Shown piece after piece: positions 24,901-27,553 of a DNA stretch of 27,553 nt. A program made the position numbers and the translations under genes. Every line of letters starts with the position of its first letter. Positions within the stretch are counted from its first letter, which is position 1. Origin of the DNA: Candidatus Eiseniibacteriota bacterium (lineage in GTDB: Bacteria > Eisenbacteria > RBG-16-71-46 > DASYSL01); the NCBI GenBank assembly GCA_046598045.1, contig JBKJJJ010000033.1, positions 1-27,553 on the forward strand. Direction: 5' to 3'. Under the pieces are notes generated by a model. The model was given only the letters and a program-made list of their open reading frames with translations, searched no databases and was not told the DNA's origin.

Positions 24901-25031
24901 TGATCCGCGATGCGCTCGAGACCCACCACTGGAACAAGACGCAGGCCGCACGCGCGCTCGGACTGTCCTATCCCACGCTGCTCAGCAAGATCCGCTTGCT
25001 CGCACTCGATCGGCGGCGCCTCCGCATTTGA
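21954..25031 (+). CDS. One-component sigma54 enhancer-binding protein: TPR array - GAF - AAA+ - Fis HTH (1025 aa)
   Basis: GAGGAG RBS then GTG 21954. About 500 aa of TPR-like helices ([52 protein letters not shown]). GAF (VVVPL...VGLVYVD...[13 protein letters not shown]). GETGTGK, ESELFG...[34 protein letters not shown]. No REC domain. Confidence 0.95.
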   Translation: MQKPIPPNASELNAPHDAALRQEEFGDLSQAADQFDAAREYYAVALAHARPDDRATRARLLLKLADCDHRQGRYDRALAQLVEAREAARPLRDSTLNGLLASRLARSHVAAGAYRPGTRYARAAFRLLRTTSEHVELGMIEQTQGIAALRTGDYPAALDAFTGSLASFRRVEDIGHMAGAHSNLGLVYKNTGQWREATRSFEQALRLAEKVGDYFYVAYYAQNLGVMRFRLGELDLAAECFRRALQIEIEINDQLAETRTRLALGRLHVRRREFEPAADEFARVGELLEVRNYPRERVLWREFQGEAALDRGDMPGAIAALEIALTEAERLAPEGDVTYEVAARLALAYLESGDLARAQAAANRAEHLAGAAGDVAELAIARRASGLVSLARGDDDAALADLRAAQASFEELGDRFELARTFQLGAAHALKGGDTGTRVADWAAEHLKRAEALFRDLGVPAQAADSAMLLARILAGRGNLDQALGEIEHALVWLHESGESADEAPVAQLRAELEALSAASSVSASNEFRVLQEANDIFKNADDMHDVLSRTVRLAIERAGGDRGFVAFAAGGSRLEVVAHHNLGAERAKKALAALERVLGRELVGGAPVFKSRIAADPRFAGELSGALAGVFSLVVVPLNFPSQAVGLVYVDRLSDNLRGAFKQREINLLAVLANSAAVAMVEAQRSVLMQENQSLKQQLSPKPGLERIITQSREMQEILALLTKVSDSTASILLMGETGTGKGLIAQAIHEMSARRDKRFVAVNCAALPDNLLESELFGYVAGAFTGATRDKDGLFKEADGGTIFLDEVEKISEPLQAKLLHVLDKGEIRPVGATRSLQVNARVVAATNAELRERIKAGRFLEDLYYRMNDIAITVPPLRDRREDIPILTEHYLGFYARQMDKPVPQFSPAVLRALLNHEWRGNVRELEKTVKRLVVLAEPDQIVGMELLPEDLRAPIEPGTSESNGSFNVREHVERLERRLIRDALETHHWNKTQAARALGLSYPTLLSKIRLLALDRRRLRI

Positions 25032-25057
25032 GCACCGGAAACCCTACACACAAACTT

Positions 25058-25100
25058 TGACAGGCGGCTCTCAAGGCTCTTGAGGGCCGCCAAGTCATTT
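25058..25100 (+). terminator. Terminator hairpin after the TPR-bEBP gene
   Basis: GGCGGCTCTCAAG-GCT-CTTGAGGGCCGCC (25063-25091), flanked by TGAC/GTCA, then TTT. Confidence 0.75.
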
Positions 25101-25196
25101 CTGGGCATGACCTTGCGCCACGCCACGCGATTCGGACTAGTAAACCTCTTGCGAGTTCGCGGCGTTACGTCCGGGATCCACTGCGTCGGGCGGGCG

Positions 25197-25246
25197 TGAC
25201 GGAAGATCCGACAAAGATCACTAAACAAAGGCATGACAATCACTTG
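25197..25246 (+). promoter_or_regulatory. Candidate upstream activator palindrome and IHF-like site
   Basis: TGACGG-N5-CCGACA (about 25197-25213, one mismatch from a perfect palindrome) at roughly -125 to -110. CAATCACTTG (25237-25246, CAA-N4-TTR) with an A-rich flank lies between it and the promoter. Confidence 0.45.
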
Positions 25247-25297
25247 GTGGATGGAGCGAGCGCTCCCGCATGCGCCAGGGGCAGTGTATCGAAGGCG

Positions 25298-25313
25298 TGG
25301 CATGCAGGATGCA
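25298..25313 (+). promoter_or_regulatory. Sigma54 (-24/-12) promoter driving the non-coding unit
   Basis: TGGCATGCAGGATGCA gives GG(25299-300)-N10-GC(25311-2). Predicted TSS about 25324. Confidence 0.7.
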
Positions 25314-25323
25314 ATGACGACAT

Positions 25324-25881
25324 TCCGGAGGGGGGGACCTCCAAAAGAAGCACCGAGGAGCCGAACCTCGCCCGCACCAGGCCAGCCCAACGAGCGCGAG
25401 GGACGGCTCCCCAGCAGCACCAGCGAACCAAACGCCGGCCGCCACACGCGGCCTGACGGCAGACGAAACAGCAGAGCGCAGCACACACATCTTGGTTGTC
25501 TGGGCTTGTCGGGGATTTGCTGGGGCAGGATCCAGGGTAAAAGCCCCTGTCGGAATCGACGTCGGAACTCCCCAAGCACCCGACTAGCCCGGAGTTTGCA
25601 GTCAGGAACGGACAGACTGGACGACGGAACGATTCACGGTTGAACCCCGCGGCGGCCGCGGAGGCCTTTCGCGCAGAGACAACCCGGTCCAGCTCCTCGT
25701 AGTGAGGGGCCAACGAGAGGGGTCGCGGGGTTTCAGTAAACGGGCGCAGGTTCGAAACGGCTAAGGCCTACACTGGGGGATGTCCAGGCTGGTGCCCTTC
25801 GATCACCGGCGCCCGTAGTTCTTCTTCGGAACGCGCATTGTAGGCCCCGGGAGTCGGGCGGACTCCCGGGGTCATTTGTTT
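25324..25881 (+). ncRNA. Candidate ~550-nt structured non-coding RNA of unknown family
   Basis: Bounded by a sigma54 promoter and an intrinsic terminator. No credible ORF or RBS inside. Three multi-stem domains with G-U-containing helices, several small hairpins and a U-poor 5' segment. Confidence 0.6.
25843..25881 (+). terminator. Intrinsic terminator ending the candidate ncRNA
   Basis: GGCCCCGGGAGTC-GGGCG-GACTCCCGGGGTC 13-bp stem followed by ATTTGTTT. Confidence 0.85.
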
Positions 25882-26076
25882 GGTCGTGCCCCTAGAATTG
25901 CATAGCGCCTGTGGCGGCCGGGCCGCAAGGGGTTCGCGCCTGCGGCACCCGCGCCGCACGCGCCGCATGCCACGCACCCGCTCGCGCCTCCCGCCTGCCC
26001 GCCTCACCCATTCCGAACACGCGAGGCCGCAAGGACTTCGGGTAGACTCGCACGGGGACACCGCGTGCGCGGCGAA

Positions 26077-26092
26077 CTGGCACGTGCCTTGC
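26077..26092 (+). promoter_or_regulatory. Sigma54 promoter of the FN3 lipoprotein gene
   Basis: CTGGCACGTGCCTTGC, a consensus TGGCAC-N5-TTGC. IHF-like CAAGGACTT at 26030-26038. Confidence 0.85.
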
Positions 26093-26145
26093 GGTGCGCC
26101 GTACCACAGCCGCGCACAGGCCCCGCGGCATCGAGGAGGTTCCGC

Positions 26146-26955
26146 ATGTCGTCGTCGCGTTGGTTTCCTGCTTCCATGCGCTGGATCGCGGTCGCCGCGA
26201 CCCTGGTCGCGCTCGCGGGCTGCTCGGTGGACGAGCCCGTCGTGGTGCGCGATGCGGTCGCGCCGGCCCCGCCGCGCGCGCTCTACTCGGTGACCGGCGA
26301 CGGCAGCGTGACCCTCCGCTGGGTGCGCAACACCGAGACCGACCTCGTCGGCTATCGCGTCTACATCGCCCCAGCGTTCGCGGGCCCGTACACGTCGCTC
26401 GGCACCGTGGCGACGACGAACTACGTCGTGGGCGGTCTGGTCAACGGGGCCACCTGGTACTTCGCGGTCTCGGCCTACGACGTCGCGGGCAACGAGAGCG
26501 ACCTTTCGACCGAGAACGTCAACGATACGCCGCGTCCGGCGGGGACGAACGTGATGCTGACCCCGGTCTCGAGCGAGGCCGGAGGGGGCATCGCGGGCTA
26601 TGACTTCTCGAGCGGACTGCTGCGGCTGTCGGGCGATCCGAATACCGACATGTACTTCCAGGCGTCGGGCTCGACGCGCCTGATGGTCGCGCGCGACGCC
26701 AACACCGACGTGCAGGACGCCGGCTACCACGCGCTCGACGACCTGGATTGGGCGCCGGACGCCGGCTGGTCGCCGACGGGGACGGTGGAACTCGCGGTCG
26801 GGCACTGCTACTACCTGTGGGCGCGCGACAACCACTACGCGAAGTTCCGCGTCACGGCCCTGAGCGACACGCAGGTCAAGTTCGACTGGGCCTACCAGGT
26901 CGACGCCGGCAATCCGCAGCTCGCACGCCACCCGCGCGGGAACGCGACCTTCTAG
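26146..26955 (+). CDS. Lipoprotein with fibronectin type III domain
   Basis: GAGGAGG RBS, lipobox LAGC, FN3 pattern (GDGSVTLRW...DLVGYRVY...GLVNGATWYFAVSAYDVAGNESDLS), C-terminal beta domain (HYAKFRV). Confidence 0.85.
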   Translation: MSSSRWFPASMRWIAVAATLVALAGCSVDEPVVVRDAVAPAPPRALYSVTGDGSVTLRWVRNTETDLVGYRVYIAPAFAGPYTSLGTVATTNYVVGGLVNGATWYFAVSAYDVAGNESDLSTENVNDTPRPAGTNVMLTPVSSEAGGGIAGYDFSSGLLRLSGDPNTDMYFQASGSTRLMVARDANTDVQDAGYHALDDLDWAPDAGWSPTGTVELAVGHCYYLWARDNHYAKFRVTALSDTQVKFDWAYQVDAGNPQLARHPRGNATF

Positions 26956-27019
26956 CGGGAGAAAAATGCCCGGCGGGGGAGTACAACCGGGCGAGCTTCG
27001 GCAGGGGGACAGCCGGCGG

Positions 27020-27049
27020 TTGACCCCTTGGGCGATCGGCCCCTAGACT
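27020..27049 (+). promoter_or_regulatory. Putative sigma70 promoter
   Basis: TTGACC-N18-TAGACT upstream of the PorV-like gene. Confidence 0.55.
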
Positions 27050-27135
27050 CGGGCTCGGCCCGCCGCGAATGGTGCGGCGGGCCTTCCCATTGCCTGCGCC
27101 CTCCAGCGCGCCCCCTGCGAGACCCGAGAGGTTCG

Positions 27136-27553
27136 ATGACCACCGTTCGCACGCCCGATCCGGCCCATTTCGCCCCCAACCCCGCCCGGCGAGCGGCGCT
27201 GGCCTGGGCCCTGGCCGCCGGCCTGCTCGGCGCGTCGGCGGGCGCGGCGGGCGCGGGGACGACCACCGGCTTCGCGTTCCTCGACCTGCCCGCGGGCGCG
27301 CGCATCGCCGCGCTCGGTGGAGCCGGCACCGCGCTCGCCGACGGGCCGCTCGCGCTGTTCTGGAACCCGGCCGGCATCGCCCCGGCCCCGGACGAGGGCG
27401 CGCCTGCCGCCGGCTCGCGCGGGCGGATCGCGTTCGATCACCACGAGAGCATCCAGTCGTTCCGCCAGGACCTCGTCGGCGGGGTCCTTTCGAAGGGCGG
27501 CGACGGGCTCGGCCTCGCCCTTAATGCCCACTACACGGCGAGCATCGAGGAGC
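27136..27553 (+). CDS. PorV/PorQ (UPF0164/FadL-like) family outer-membrane protein (3'-partial)
   Basis: Translated by hand from ATG 27136: signal peptide then GFAFLDLPAGARIAALGGAGTALADGPLALFWNPAGIA, the typical FL..GAR..LGGA...WNPAG signature. The frame is open to the window end and is absent from the ORF track. Confidence 0.82.
   Translation, partial: MTTVRTPDPAHFAPNPARRAALAWALAAGLLGASAGAAGAGTTTGFAFLDLPAGARIAALGGAGTALADGPLALFWNPAGIAPAPDEGAPAAGSRGRIAFDHHESIQSFRQDLVGGVLSKGGDGLGLALNAHYTASIEE

Noticed and set aside
21588..24929. 1113-aa minus-strand ORF, and similar long ORFs such as 15588-17969 +, 12647-14740 +, 10003-11856 -, 1265-2905 +
   Set aside because: Shadow or alternate-frame ORFs overlapping well-supported genes. 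They are expected in high-GC DNA and have no recognisable motifs.
25233..25643. 136-aa ORF and other ORFs (25196-25456 +, 25240-25713 -, 24968-25579 -) across the non-coding region
   Set aside because: No good RBS, low-complexity R/P/G/S-rich translations, and the plus-strand ones start upstream of the sigma54 promoter. The only ATG inside the unit (25780) opens a 12-codon frame without a proper SD.
25740..25816. Possible tRNA gene
   Set aside because: Lacks the GTTCRA T-arm geometry, a canonical anticodon loop and CCA. Kept only as a tRNA-like domain.
25500..25881. Riboswitch or attenuator leader for the FN3 lipoprotein, or RNase P/tmRNA
   Set aside because: No recognisable aptamer consensus (for example c-di-GMP-I GCAAA/GAAA or cobalamin boxes), no RNase P GAGGAAAGTCC and no tmRNA ends. 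The downstream gene has its own consensus sigma54 promoter. Not fully excluded without an Rfam search.
25887..25902. TGCCCCTAGAATTGCA as another sigma54 promoter
   Set aside because: The -12 TTGCA is good but the -24 has GC instead of the near-invariant GG.
25940..26012. C-rich stretch with short repeats (GCGCCGCA x2, CCCGCCT x2)
   Set aside because: Too short and irregular for a CRISPR or tandem array. Could be chance or a Rho-loading tract, which I cannot support.

Overview
High-GC (roughly 70% by eye) bacterial chromosomal window with no mobile elements or CRISPR. PorV/PorQ-like and FlgD-Ig/CTD-bearing secreted proteins suggest an FCB-group diderm, for example Ca. Eisenbacteria/Latescibacterota-like; this is an inference. 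Contents in order: a partial outer-membrane barrel gene, a secreted ComEC-like MBL hydrolase, ftsB and eno, an ECF sigma/ZAS anti-sigma/membrane protein operon with an autoregulatory TGAAAC-N17-CGTA promoter, a secreted HEXXH metallopeptidase, a cysM-mec-[CysO/MoaD::MoeB::rhodanese fusion] sulfur-relay operon, a GlsB/YeaQ protein, pilT/pilU, a minus-strand rlmN-kinase-sigma54 regulator-Omp85-DUF4390-like cluster, an ArsR regulator, Ppx/GppA, an FN3 lipoprotein and a partial PorV/PorQ-like gene. The most striking part is 21.5-26.1 kb. A gene for a 104-aa signal-peptide protein sits directly before a receiver-less TPR-GAF-sigma54 activator. That activator is followed by a self-contained ~550-nt apparently non-coding, highly structured transcription unit with its own sigma54 promoter, IHF-like site, candidate enhancer palindrome and intrinsic terminator. 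This arrangement looks like a peptide-signal -> TPR enhancer-binding protein -> large ncRNA circuit. It is a hypothesis and has not been verified.
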